DNA of 64,000 bases. It comes from Nemertoderma westbladi (lineage: Eukaryota > Animalia > Xenacoelomorpha). Below the pieces are notes generated by a model that saw nothing but the letters and a program-made list of their open reading frames with translations, ran no database searches and was not told the DNA's origin. Where the stretch lies: contig JAUCBJ010003514.1 in NCBI GenBank assembly GCA_032718475.1, forward strand, positions 11,586 through 75,585. Reading direction: 5' to 3'. Made by a program: the position numbers and the translations under genes. Positions 46,899 to 60,565 of the stretch are shown in pieces (position 1 is the first letter of the stretch; each line of letters starts with the position of its first letter).

Positions 46899-49572
46899 GC
46901 TAGTACACACTGACGACCAGAATATCGTTTGCAACGTTTTTGTACGAAATATAGGTTTATCCGACCACTTTGCAGTCTACTTTAACTTGAATTTCACTAA
47001 ACCAGCCGATATATCACAGACAATAAGTTACCGAAATATAAGTAAAATAAACGGTAATCTGTTTTTGGAGGATTTAAAACATTCACCAGTATGCGACTCT
47101 CTTTCTGGTGATATTAATGGAGTTATTAAAATGTATAATGATAACCTAATGAACATACTCGATAAACACGCCCCATTACAAACAAAAACTGTTTCCATGA
47201 GGCCGAAGGCAAATTGGTACACTGATGAGATTAACGACGCAAAAAGAAAACGCAGAAGATTGGAGCGCCGATATCGAAAGACGAATATCTGTGCTGATTG
47301 TATCGCCTATCGCCTACAGTGCACGGTGGTTGCCAATACCATAGCGTCAGCAAAAGAGACATATTATAGTAACATTATAAAGAATAATGCAGGTGATCAA
47401 CGAAAACTATTTTCAGTGGCTGCCAAAATACTTTATCGTAAAAACAAAAGTACATTGCCTTCACACGAGGATGATGAAAAGTTGGCGAACAGGTTTATGG
47501 AATTCTTTGACAAGAAAATAAAGGATATTAGATATGACTTATTATCTGGAAATGGTGGTTCTACTTCACGGGGCGTTGATGATCTGGGGGCTCCTACGGA
47601 GGGCGCTATCAAACTGGGTGTTCCTACGGGGGGCGCTACTGAATTGGGCATTCCTACGGGGGGTGATACTGGACTGGGCGCTCCTACAGGGGAATCATCC
47701 GACCAGGGCGTTCCTACGGGGGGAGCATCTGACCTGGGCATTCCTACAGGGGGTGCTGCTGGACTGGGTGTTTCTACGGGGGGTGCAACTGGACTGGGCG
47801 TTCCTACGGGGGGCTCATCTGAACTGGGCATTCCTATTGGGGGACCATCTGACCTGGGCATTCTTACGGGTGAAGCATCGGATCTGGGTGTTCCTACAGG
47901 GGGCGCTAGTGAACTGGGCGTTCCTATGGGGGGCGCAACCAACCTGGGCATTCCTACGGGGGGTGTTACTGGACTGGGCGCTCCTATGGGGGGGGGGGGG
48001 GCTACTGAACTGGGCATTCATACGGGGGCCGCTATGGGACTGGGCATTCCTACGGGGTGCGCAACTAACCTAGGCATTCCTACGGGGGGCGCTACGGGAC
48101 TGGGCGTTCCTACGGGTATGGGGGGCGCAACCAACGGTAAAGGAAACAATATTCCCAAATTGGAACACTTTAATAAAATAACAATGGATGAGGCAGAAAA
48201 GCTAATAAAGAACTCAAAATCTAAATCTAGTACCATGGATCCGATTCCCACGCAATTAGTAAAACATTCAATAAAATTGTTGCTACCAGTGATTATGTTA
48301 ATTATTAATTTATCAATTACAACTGCTACTGTGCCGACTCTATTCAAGGAAGCTGTGTTAACACCAGTCATAAAGAAAGCACGATTAAACCCTGAGATAC
48401 TTAGGAACTTTAGGCCGGTGTCTAATCTGATATATTTAGCAAAGTTAACAGAAAGGGTGATTGCAAACCAGCTGATGACTCATATGAACATAAATAAATT
48501 GTATGAACCTTTACAGAGCGCGTACAGACCCTTACACGGAACGGAGACCGCGTTGCTTAAGGTAAGCGACGACATATTACGCGAAATCAATTCGGGATCG
48601 GGAGTACTTCTCGTCTTATTAGACCTTAGTGCTGCCTTCGACACGGTCGACCACGTTAAACTGTTGGACACTCTAGATCGAGAAATCGGGGTTGAGGGAA
48701 TCGCCCTGGACTGGTTCAGATCGTACTTGTCGAATAGGTCACAACAGGTTCGCATTAATGCAAAATATTCGAACCGGTTGGATTTGCTGTACGGGCTGCC
48801 ACAAGGATCGGTACTTGGGCCTATATTATTTTCGATATACACTCGTTCGCTTTCAAATGTTATTCGCAACCACGGCCTCTCGTATCATTTGTACGCGGAC
48901 GATACACAGCTATACATTAGTTTTAAACCTATTAATTCGTCCGTCGCTGTTGAGGTGACTGAACGTTGCGTGGCCGATGTAAAGAAGTGGATGGAAGATA
49001 ATTTATTGAAAATGAACTCAGATAAAACGGAGATTATCCTTCTGCAGTCCCGTTTCGGTAAACAACTAACGCCCCCTAACATACAAATAGGGGATGACCT
49101 GATCAGCTGCAGCGACAAGGCACGTAATATAGGTTTCATCGTGGATTCAAATCTGACATACAGCAATCAAATAAGTACAACGGTCCGAGATGCATTTCTT
49201 CATCTTCGAAGTTTGGCTAAAATTAAACGGTACCTCAGCAGACATGACCTTGAAATCTTAATTCACGCCTTTGTCACAAACAAACTCGACAGCAACAACT
49301 CATTATATTATGGATTACCCTCGAAGTCAATCAAAAAATTACAATATGTACAGAATTCCGCAGCGCGACTGCTAGAGGGCGTTAAGAAACAAGAGCACAT
49401 CACTCCAGTCCTTAAACGTTTGCATTGGTTACCTGTAAATTTACGGATCAAATTTAAAATAGCTTTGTTGACATTCAAGTGTTTACATGGTGCTGCTCCT
49501 GCCTACTTGACCCATTTAATAACTCCCTATGTACCTCCACGACAATTACGGTCTGCTGATAAGGGACTTCTA
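46896..49572 (+). mobile_element. Internal segment of the L2/CR1 LINE ORF2 (no 5' end, no 3' tail), open frame
   Basis: Near-identical to 35794-38255 but in frame through the poly-G and retaining 49307-49532. Confidence 0.93.
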
Positions 49573-49573
49573 T

Positions 49574-50565
49574 CAATCTATATGGCGTTCATTTGCCAGT
49601 GGGACAGTCAATATGGCGTTCAGTTGCTGTGGGACAGTCTGTATGGCGTTCAGTGGCCAGTGGGACAGTCTTTGTGGCGTTCACTGGCCCGTGAGACAGT
49701 CTATATGGCGTTCAGTGGCCAATGGGACAATCTATATGGCGTTCACTGGCTATGGGACAGTCAATATGGCGTTCAGTTGCTGTGGGACAGTCTGTATGGC
49801 GTTCAGTGGCCAGTGGGACAGTCTTTAGGGCGTTCATTGGCCAGTGGGACAGTCTATATGGCGTTCAGTGGCCAGTGGGACAACCTATATGGCGTTCAGT
49901 AGCCAGTGAGACAATCTATATGGCGTTCAGTAGCCAGTGAGACAATATATATGACATTCAGTTGCTGTGGGACAGTCTATATGACGCTCAGTTTCTGTAG
50001 GACAGTCTATATGGCGTTCAGTTGCTGTGGGACAGTCTGTATAGCGTTCAGTGGCCAGTGGGACAGTCTTTAGGGCGTTCATTGGCCAGTGGGACAGTCT
50101 ATATGGCGTTCAGTGGCCAGTGGGACAGTCTTTATGGCGTTCATTGGCCAGTGGGACAGTCTATATGGCGTTCAGTGGCCAGTGGGACAACCTATATGGC
50201 GTTCAGTAGCCAGTGAGACAATCTATATGGCGTTCAGTAGCCAGTGAGACAATATATATGACATTCAGTTGCTGTGGGACAGTCTATAGGACGCTCAGTT
50301 GCTGTGGGACAGTCTGTATAGCGTTCAGTGGCCAGTGGGACAGTCTTTAGGGCGTTCAGTAGCCAGTGAGACAATCTATATGGCGTTCAGTAGCCAGTGA
50401 GACAGTCAATATGGCGTTCAGTTGCTGTGAGACAGACTTTGTGGCATTCATTGGCCAGTGGAACAATCTATATGGCGTTCAGTGGCTGTGGGACAGTCTA
50501 TATGGCGCTCAGTTTCTGTAGGACAGTCTATATGGCGTTCAGTTGCTGTGGGACAGTCTGTATGT
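49574..50565 (+). repeat. 30/31-bp satellite, third (partial) array
   Basis: Copy of 44608-45599. Confidence 0.95.
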
Positions 50566-51516
50566 CAATAAGACAATGAACCATAACCATATCATAAAAA
50601 GCATTCGGAAAATTAGTTACCAATCTCCTAATTGATGAATATGTACAAAAATTTGTAGGATATTTCTTTATTGAAGTCACCACTTAAAATTATTACTTAG
50701 ATTAGATAGTAAGTAGTCTTACAAGAAGACATTAAACTTATTGAAACTGTGAATTCAATCTACAAAAATGGAAATGAATTTGGTTAGTGTTATGTGTTCT
50801 TATCTGTAGTATATCACTCACTGTTATTGTATAGATATAGGCCTGGCCTAATTTGATAAGGTAATAAATGAAAAAAATTAAAATTTGAAAAATAAAAATA
50901 AAAAATGTTGCAATGGAACAATTTTTGAATAATTTGGGGAGTTCGACCTTATGCAAATCTACACCAACGGATGTTAACACATCGGTTGCTAACTACTGTA
51001 TGACGCAACTTTATCGAGAGTTTTGGATATTCATGCGCCACTTAAATAAATCATCGCCTGAAATCATTGAACTCAAAATTGCATTATTAACATACTGTAC
51101 AACTAACTGGATTCATCGAGTTAGTTCATGAATATCTATTGGTGCCTTAAATACCACCACGTCAGCTAAGATCGAGTATTATTATTAATATATTATTATT
51201 ATTAATATATTATTATTATTAATAATATATTATTATTATTATTATTAATATATTATTATTATCATTATTAATATATTATTATTATTATTATTAATATATT
51301 ATTATTATTATTATTAATAATAATAATAATCTTAATATATATTATTTTTATGATACATTGATAGATTAACTAGGAGTGACTGCATTCCTTATATTAATTT
51401 TATATACACGTAATTCCTACTTTAGGTGGTTAATTGATAAAAAGACTTCAAAGAATTCTATAATACGAAATAAATACAGTATATTATAATTATACATATT
51501 ACTATGTAATTAGCAG

Positions 51517-51775
51517 GTGGTTTTCTTCTCTCTGGTAATTGGTTGTTGTTTCTTGGTTGTCTGCAACGCATGCACACCAAAGGCGATTGGCACATCGGGT
51601 TGCAGGGCTGAAAACACCTACTGTGACCATGGTGCATGTCTTACGGATAAGTTTGAGCCCACAACCCCATTCGTAGGGATGGTGGCCCGTAGGCGTCGGG
51701 GACTGAATGCTAACGCGTACTGTCTATGTGGATCTAAACTCGGTGACCAGGAATACGATGGAAGCACTGGATGCG
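51517..51775 (+). CDS. Cys-rich surface protein, copy B, first visible coding exon
   Basis: ag|GTG...G|gtgagt, 259 nt (86 codons plus 1); loop reads TTPFVGMVARRRRGLNANAY. Confidence 0.85.
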
Positions 51776-53231
51776 GTGAGTCTATTTATTATAGAAATTA
51801 AATTAACCTGTCTCTAAGTCTACAGATAAGACAGTAGGTGTTGCACACAATCTACCTTAAAGGTAACTGACAATAGAGTGGAAACTTTAGTTTGCCTCCG
51901 GTATTTTGTGATCCACATTAATAAACTAACATTTTACTTTACGATTAAGATTGAAGATTATGCATTGTCAAATACATATTCATAGATTGAAGAAGTGAGT
52001 TCAAGAAATTCGCTTACTCATGATAACTACAGTATCTCTTTTTCCACACAATTGATACGTAGCCTATCCCAGCAATTAATTAATGTGATGTTTTACTATA
52101 TTCTATTGCGAAAGGTAGTCTAAATTGTTTGTTGTTATTTAAATTTAAAGTTATGTATGGAAGAATCATTTAGACTCGTTAGAGGACAAAATGCCTGTTC
52201 ACCACCATGGGCGATCTTCCTTCCTCAGTAAACTTTCCACTCTGTTTCCCAAGTACTGTACATTGGTTATCCTTTATCCACCAGTCAGGGATGAAAAATG
52301 GGTTGTGTTAGGCTGCACCATTTAAAGCACTGTGTCCAAATATAGCTGCCCCATATAGGGATCGAACCAGGACCAGGGCATCCGGATTGGAAGCCCAGGA
52401 ATGTCACAGACCAAGATGCTGCTGGTCTAGTGGTGTTCTTACAATTTAGAGTTATGAAAACAACATAACGGAGCAGTCTCCTATTAATTTATTTACGCGG
52501 TTGAAGTACAAATCCGCGTAAATACTTTAATGGAAGTCATGAAATTAAAGTTTTTCGTATGGCCGATGTGGGCCACAGTAATATTTGTGCATGTGTAAGG
52601 AAGTAATTGGTCAGTAATGGTAATAATGGCCTGTTCTAGATCAGTTTGATTAGAACAGATTGTTATAAATATACAGATTACCTTTAGTACTTTATTTTTT
52701 TCTGACTATATCTTAGTTAGTTTATATAGCGTCTACTGTACAATTTCAATATTTTTGCATTGTTTACAGGCATCATACCAATGAAAGAGTGTCGGGATTA
52801 CATATATATTATTATATGGTAAAATGATAACATTTTCGATCAGAAAAATAAGAATTAAATTAATTAGTAGGCCTACTGATTATTTTAAAATTTGTTAGAT
52901 TAACGCACTGTCTGCTACTTTTTTTTATAATACATTCTATCACAATCTTCATTTTTAGGAACAAATCCTAAAAGATATGCGAGCTGTATATAAATCTCAA
53001 CGGTTGTTGGAACTGATTGAAAGCGAAATAACTTGTGATGATTTCAAATAATCTACAGCCATTTCATTACAATTTTATAATTTTTCATAAGAAATAAAGA
53101 CACTGGATTTAGACTTTAAGCACATTCCAATAGCACATGTGTAACAAATAATTAATAATTTTTTCAACAAATTTCTTTATATAATATAATCTAAGACTGA
53201 TGTTTATAGGAATAATACTATTTACTTTCAG

Positions 53232-53349
53232 TTTCCTGCACTCATGATCAGCAATGTAATCTCGCAGACACCACCTGCGAGAACGGTGAATGCGTTTGTA
53301 CTGGTGGAAAGATCGGATCCCTTGACATGGGTTCCTCAGACAACTCTCA
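53232..53349 (+). CDS. Cys-rich surface protein, copy B, middle exon
   Basis: 118 nt with the same splice sites as 17495-17612; one L to M change. Confidence 0.85.
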
Positions 53350-54784
53350 GTAAGTTTGCCTCTAAGTTTCGATAGGGTTAACGTAATATTGATGTTGCGT
53401 ATTTGGCTATCTATCTCACACAAGAAGTAAGTTACAAGCTTTCTGACTTGAAAGAGGTATTCTTCAGGCACTATGCATGATACGATGTTTTATGAAAATT
53501 AAGTATAGCAGCACCGCGTAGACAGACAGCGGAAAAACAGCTGTGCACGTGCAGGCCGGTCGTAATATTTTTTATTTTAATTTATAGGGCCAGGGTAATT
53601 ATGCCAGGGTGATTACACCTTGCACTTTCATAAATAATAGGCCTAATCGCTCGTTTCTGCCAGATGTAATTAGCATAAATTACAAAGTATTCTTCAAAGA
53701 TAATAATGTGTTTTTGAATAGTTTAATTTTCACAGCCCTATAATATATTGATCCCGAATCAGATATGATACATTGAACATATATAACAGTGGTATAATAT
53801 AATCACGGATTCTCTCCTACCAGTACAGATAGATACATATACAGTTCTCCCGATCTACCTGTACCGTCCTAGGCCTGACAGCCTGACTACTCGCTCCTCA
53901 ATACACTACATCTCTCCCCTACGTAAAAAGAGCATAAGACCGATATTCAATTCATATTTTCCTACCTATGATTGATTAGTAATAGACCGATTGAATGGAA
54001 TCACAATAGAGAGCCTAAAGTAAGCTTGAGCATTAGCTATTCATACGGTACAACCAAAAAAAAAAACAATATAACGAGAAAAACTCAGTACATAAGTCAA
54101 TACAGTGTTTCATAATATAAGGCACGTTATCCACATAGCTTGGATAGAATGAGTGGATTAATGTTTCTAAATTGTTCACCCAATTCTCTCCTTTCAAGCA
54201 GACACGCTGTTACAACTACCCCAATTTATTTATTTTACGGCCATGGCCGTGGTCGAATAGAAGATCGATTGCGGAGCATGTAAGGATCCTGCAGACCCAA
54301 GGGATTCGGTAGATTATGTGGAACATTATCATCGCGCCGGTCCTCATTATTATTCCCATTCAATTCAACCTCATAATCATCAATATTTGGGTCATAAAGA
54401 GCTGCTGGTGCGTGTGGCTGGCTATGGGTCCTGGTATAGGCTATTTATTAGATTTTAAATGTTTGTTTGTTTGAATAAATTTGAATTGAAAAATTGAAAT
54501 TGAAATTGGGATGTGAGCAGATTGTGAGATCGGTTTGATATGTTGTATATTACGAGTGATATATCTCCCATCGGAAGTGCGCCTTCCTGAAACACGTGAT
54601 CCTTTCACTGCTGTGACAATGTAAGGTGTTGGTTCATAGTGTGATGTAAACTTGTTGAATCTTCATTGCCGGATTAATATGTAATTTCCAGGTTCAACAG
54701 AAGTTTCTCGAATATTTAGTCGTTTCTCTGCGTATGATTTCAAGTTTTCTTTCGCTTTACAGTCAGAAGATAATAGATCCTGAT

Positions 54785-57273
54785 TTACTGGGGGTTTATG
54801 TGAACTGGGAGTCGGTGCCGTGCCGTGTATGATTTAACGATGTCATTCGGTGCTACACCAGTTGAAATGTGAGGCGTATTCCGGTACGAATCAAGAAGGT
54901 TATAACATTCCTCTTTCCAATCTTTTCCTTCGATTCGTGCTGATTGGATGGTTTTTTCAGAGTACGATTGAAGCATTCTACTTCCCTGTTTGCTTCTGGG
55001 TGTTCTGGTGTTATGCGTTGATGTTTGAAACCCTGTTCCTGTGCCAACCATTTGAAGTTTTGTGAGTTGCATGGGGGGCAGGGGAGCATTATCAGTTTTA
55101 ACAACCTCCGGGTGGCCATGTGCAGTGAACATTTTCTTAAGTTTCCCAGCTGTTTCCTTGAATGATGTTCCTGTAAATTCAAGTCAGGGTATCGGCTGTA
55201 TTCATCTATCAATACGAGGGCAGTGTCGCCTGTGGGAAAAGGCCCGCAGCGGTCCACAGCAACCTTTTGGAATGGGTAACTTGGCAATGGAGTCATCTGC
55301 AGAGGGGCCCTATGATGACTCACCACAACTGATTGGCATACGAGGCAGTTTGCGACCAATGATTCGACCTGTCTATCCATACCAGGGAACCAACAAAATC
55401 TGCGTAAGAGTGATTTCGTTTTAACAACCCCTTGGTGTGCACTGTGACCAACATTAAGAACTCTCTGTTCAAGTTGGGGCGGTATTACTATTCGATTCCT
55501 CCTCATTACGATATTATCAATTAGAGAAAATTCATCTCGGATCATATAAAATGGCTTAAACTTGGCTTGGGTCTCATTGTTCCATTTGCCAGATATAATG
55601 GCTTGTTTTAATTCGCAAAAAGCAGTTTCTGATGCAGTTTTTACCTCCTCGACTGTCACAGCACTGTCTAGGGACTCCCCAACCATGTGTCTTATAGATT
55701 TGGCGATGATGTTATTATCAGCTGCCTCAGGTGCGAAATTCTCGTTAGATTGGATGTTGTTATGCCTTGAGAGATAATCACTTATGTTACTAGATCCACA
55801 GCGGTATTTAATTGTGTAGTCGAACTCTTGGAGATACATGATCCATCTCTCTATTCTTAGAGGAAGACTCTTTAGAGGGTGTTTCTTGGATAACATTATC
55901 TCGAGAGGTTTGTGATCGGTTATAATTGTATATGGGTTACCCAATAGAAATAGTCGAAACCGGTCTGATCCCCACCTTACAGCTAAACATTCTCCCTCAG
56001 TTTGACTATATCTAGATTCTGGGCCTGTGGTAGATCTACTGGCATACATTTTTGGAATCCATTCTCCAGTTTTGTTGTCGAGTTGAACCAAAATGGCACC
56101 GATTCCAGTTTTGTGAAAGTCCACATGAAGCTCCGTTTGAGATTGTGGGTCAAAATGGTCCAAAAGACAATGTTCTGATAAGCAATGGTAAATCGCTTCA
56201 AACCATACCATTAGATCATTGTTCCAGATGAAGGGCACGTCATCTTTGGTCAATTCGCTCAGTGGAGCAGTGAGGATGGCGAAATTTGGAATAAACATAC
56301 GGGATGCTCCTACCATGGCTAAGAGAGATCTCACGTCTTCTTTGCATGTGGGTGGTCGCATATCCTTTATGGCTTGTACTTTACTGGGATCAGGTGATAT
56401 GCCATCCTTGCTCAAGATAATCCCAAAGAACTTGGTTTTAGAGACTCTGAATTCGCATTTCTCCCGTTTCAGCGTAAGCCCAGCACTTAGTAACGATTCC
56501 AATACTAGCTGCAGAGCTATATCGTGATCGTGTGCGGTTTTCCCAAAGACAATTATGTCATCGGAGATATTCCTCGCCCCTGTAATTCCAGAGATAGTTC
56601 GCCTTATCACCCAATCGAACTCATCCTGGGCAGGTATTATACCGAATGGGAGACGTTTATATCTCATGTTTCCAAGGTGTGTATAAAAGGTAGTGATAGG
56701 TCTACTTTCTGCAGACAGTTCTAGTTGATGGTATCCATTATTGAGGTCTAGATGACTGAAAACTGTGCTGCCTGTAACAGCAAACATTATATCATCGAGT
56801 GTGGGCAGATCATTCTTGTTACAGTGTATAGCTGTATTAGCCGCTCGACAGTTCAGACAAAATCGCAGGGCATTTGGGTCTGAATCCTTCGGTTTGGGAG
56901 CACATACAATATTGGATACCCATGTCGTTGGGATGTTAGTTGGGGTGTGTTCGATGATGTCCTCTTTTAGCAGTTTGTCCAAATGTTGCTCTAGGCGTTC
57001 CTGGTAACAGAATGGGATCTTCCGTGGAGTTTGGGTAATGGGTTTGACTGTCGTGTCTATCATTAATTCAACTTGACCATGAAGATACTTGCCAATGGTG
57101 GATCTGAACATTTCGTTACAATGTACAATGTTCATTGGTAACATATTCTTATCAGCATTGTTAGTTGATTTCTCTGCATCTATTTTCTTAAACACTAATT
57201 GATTGGTGATATCATTGAAATTGTAAAAGTTTCCAAAAGAGTCAGTCACTAAAACAATGATTCTTCCTGGCAA
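54785..57273 (-). pseudogene. Gypsy pol (RT, RNase H, integrase), integrase core frameshifted
   Basis: LDLNNGYHQL, YKRLPFG, NISDDII, YASRS, YSQTEGECLA, TDHKPL, HSAHQG...CLVC, KTDN, HPEANREVECFNRTLK. Confidence 0.93.
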
Positions 57274-57304
57274 CAGCCAGAATACCCAAGTTAAGTGCAG
57301 CTTT

Positions 57305-58204
57305 TCACGAAATTAGCAGTTTTGAAGAATTTTTACCAGATACAACCATTATACGGTCTTGTATAGATGCATTTATGGTTGATATTTCTGCCATAAACCA
57401 ACCTTCTATAGGAATTTTATGATTACAATAAGTAAATGCTGGTTGTAAGGGAGGATGCAATCGTGAGGTGTTGGGCCAGAGATTATTAAACGTGAATGCA
57501 TCCATCATTGTTACAGAGCAGCCTGAGTCTATTTCAACCCATATCAGACTTCCATTAATTTTGAGTTGTAAGCTAACATCCTCGAAGGGGTCGCCACTAA
57601 CTTTGTGGCACCATTCACCGAAATAATCTGGATCCTTGTCTGGAAACTGGGGGTCCTCTTTGTAGGAATCGTCAACACAGGAGCAGTAATGATCACCGGT
57701 ACCGGTACCAGTTTCATCGAAAACCTGTTCTTCCAGATCTTCTCCATCTATTCTTTTGCTGTAGTGTGGCCCACCCATGGGTCTGTTCATATGAAACTGC
57801 TGGCGATAATTAGGTCTGCCTCCTCTAGCTTGAAAGGGACACATTTGTGCGTTGATTTGCGGACATCGTGTCCGCCAATGGCCCGTGTGTCCGCATATAA
57901 AACAGCTACTGTTATGGGCTGGACAATAGCGCCCTCTGTGTTGTTTATTACACCCAAGGCATCGTTCGGTTTGTGGTGCCTGATTGGTTTGGTGTGAGTA
58001 TCGATAATTGTTGTCAACTTGACTCCTCTCATTGTGTGGATTCTGTTGTGAACCGGAACTTTGTGGAGATATTCCAGGTCTTGTATTTCCGAATTGGGTT
58101 TTCATATTCAGGTGAGAATATCGGTGCTGGATCTTTTTGGCTTCCTCGGCCTTATCGGTTTCCTCGAGTTTGACTTTCTGCAGTAGTCGTGTTGTTTCGC
58201 TCAT
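57305..58204 (-). pseudogene. Gypsy gag C-terminus (Cys-His knuckles) plus protease
   Basis: CLGCNKQHRGRYCPAHNSSCFICGHTGHWRTRC; VEIDSGCSVT. Confidence 0.85.
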
Positions 58205-58230
58205 GTCGGCCTATTGAAGTTTAGAGTCTC

Positions 58231-60505
58231 CCCGAATTCCCTGTCTAGGGCCTGCCATGCAGTCGTGAATCCACCTTCGATACTTTGGTACTGCCTTACA
58301 ATGTTGTATGCTGGCCCCCCCGTGTAAACTTGTAAGTATTTTAGGCACTCCGCCTTCATCAGGTTCTTCGTTAATATTTCGTTACTGTACATGCGCCGGA
58401 ATTGCAGGTATTCCCCCAGCCTACTACCATCAAATTTGAACGGCTCCACTGGTGGTAGCTCGATCCTGGTCTTAAGCGCGTCGATGAGTGTTGCCATTCC
58501 CATCGCTTGTACTTCTAGCGCGCTAGATGGTTGTGGTGCAGACTCCCCTGCTGTTGGGTGCAGTTTGCCCATCGGGCCTGTCGACTTTCTTTGCATTGGA
58601 TATATCATCGGGGGTAACGGTCCTCTCCATATCTCTGTATCACACGACTTATTTGGGTCTGAGGGGTTTGGGGTTTTTGTTCTTGGTTGAGTGTATTGCT
58701 GATATTGCAATGGGGGAATGTCACCCTGCCCCCCCCCCCCCCTCCCCCCCACCGGTGTTATATTTGGTACTGGGGTTGATGTTACCATGTTAGGGCCCAT
58801 GCATCTATCGGCAATAGCTCCCCCCCTCCCCTGGGTATATATTATATCCTTGCATATTATAGTTATACTGGTGTGCAGGTACCGGTATAGGCCTATCCAC
58901 TTCTTGCCTACCTACCGGTATGTATGCCACGACTTCCGGGTCCGGGACTTCCGCGCTACCCTATCGCCTACACTATCTCTCCCAGCATGGCCTATAGTAT
59001 GTGCAGTAAGGCCTACAGTATCTCCTGCAGTCAGCCTGTGTCCTCCAGACCGAAGTTTAATCTTCTCGAATATTCCAAGAAGTCCTCCCCGCGACTACCA
59101 TATTCTCGATCGGCAGCTACGTTCAGTCAGGAAGTTTCTCTTCAATCTCCTGTCCTCGTCCTCGCACCGGTACATCCTGTACCCTTCTCCCGGTGTGTGG
59201 TATATCTCACCAGGTTGTGTCTCTCCGGGACGACGGCAATCTCCCGGAGTTTGACCCCACCAGCTCTCTAACTCCATCTCGACTACCGACGGTTCACTGT
59301 CCGTCCTTCCTCTCTGGTTGCTCGTAGCAATGCTCCTTCTATTCTCTTCACTTTGTCTCACTTCAGTGCAGTGATCCTCCTCGTGAGATCTCGCTTCGAC
59401 CTCCCGGATAAACTCCACTGTTCATCTTCCGTCTTCTGACTGGGCTCGATGTCTTCTCGCTTGCCCGCTCATGGCACCAACGTCTCTCTCTCTGCCCGGT
59501 TGGACAGTCCTGGGGATACTCGCAATCCCCTACTATTCTCTGTCATCGGGTGCCGCGGTTCATCTAACTCGCCGCATGCATTGTCCACTGACGCTTGTGG
59601 GACATTCTCTGCCCCCCCCCCCCCCCCCCCCCTCCTCTCGCCACTAATCTCTCATGGTGTGGTGCTCGTAGCCCCCCCCCCCTCATCCGCCACCTCCCAC
59701 TTCGCTTCTATGCCCCTCTCTAGTCGACGCACTATCTCTACCCTCGCTGGGTCTATTCACCCCCGCCTCTCCCTGTGCAACTGTGTGGCCTTGCAGGCTC
59801 CCATTGGGTTGACTCAACCCCGCTACTCCCTGTGCAACTACGTTGCCTTGCAGGCTCTCATTGGGTTGACTCACCCCCGCTACTCCCTGTGCAACTGCGT
59901 GGCCTTGCAGGCTCTCGTTGGCCGGGCCACCTGTCCCCCTTACATTTGTATTAATTGCACCGTTATTAATTAATTATTTTGATTAATTTCCTCGGGGTTA
60001 TTTAACGTATTATTGTTACCTAAATTATTATTTAAATTATTTAAATTATTTTGCTCAGAATTAGGGTTGTTATTTGGATTATTTTGCACATTTAAATTAG
60101 GGTTATTATTTGGATAATTTTGCACATTTAAATTAGAATTATTATTTGGATTATTTGCACATTTAAATTAGAATTATTATTACCAGGTAAAATATTATTT
60201 CCTGCGAGAAAGGTTTGATTAGGGTTGTCTATTACGGTACTATTAATATTAACTCCCTCTAACTTATTATTATTATTACCCCCCTTGCCCGTACAGTTAC
60301 ACCAGACCTGGGTCTGTCATCCGGTACCTGTAAGTGGGGTATTAACAAAGGTTTCCATTACCTCTGGTTCCTCGTAAATACTACCCAAACCAGCCTCACT
60401 CTCCGATAATCCCAACTTTTCCAGTTCTAACCGGCGCTTTTGCTTCGCTTGGTATTGCATAAGCCCCCTCAACCAGGTATGCATATCATCCCGCATACGC
60501 TTTCC

Positions 60506-60565
<60 letters not shown>

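Larger units (their letters stand above)
53739..58230 (-). mobile_element. Ty3/Gypsy retrotransposon, 5'-truncated: gag end, protease, pol, PPT, 3' LTR
   Basis: 3' LTR ~53739-53910 preceded on the minus strand by PPT AGGGGAGAGA; present only in copy B (empty site near 18006). Confidence 0.92.

Noticed and set aside
46897-49902. 1001-aa RT-satellite fusion protein
   Set aside because: The GTG start is a junction artefact and the C-terminus is read-through into satellite; no promoter evidence.
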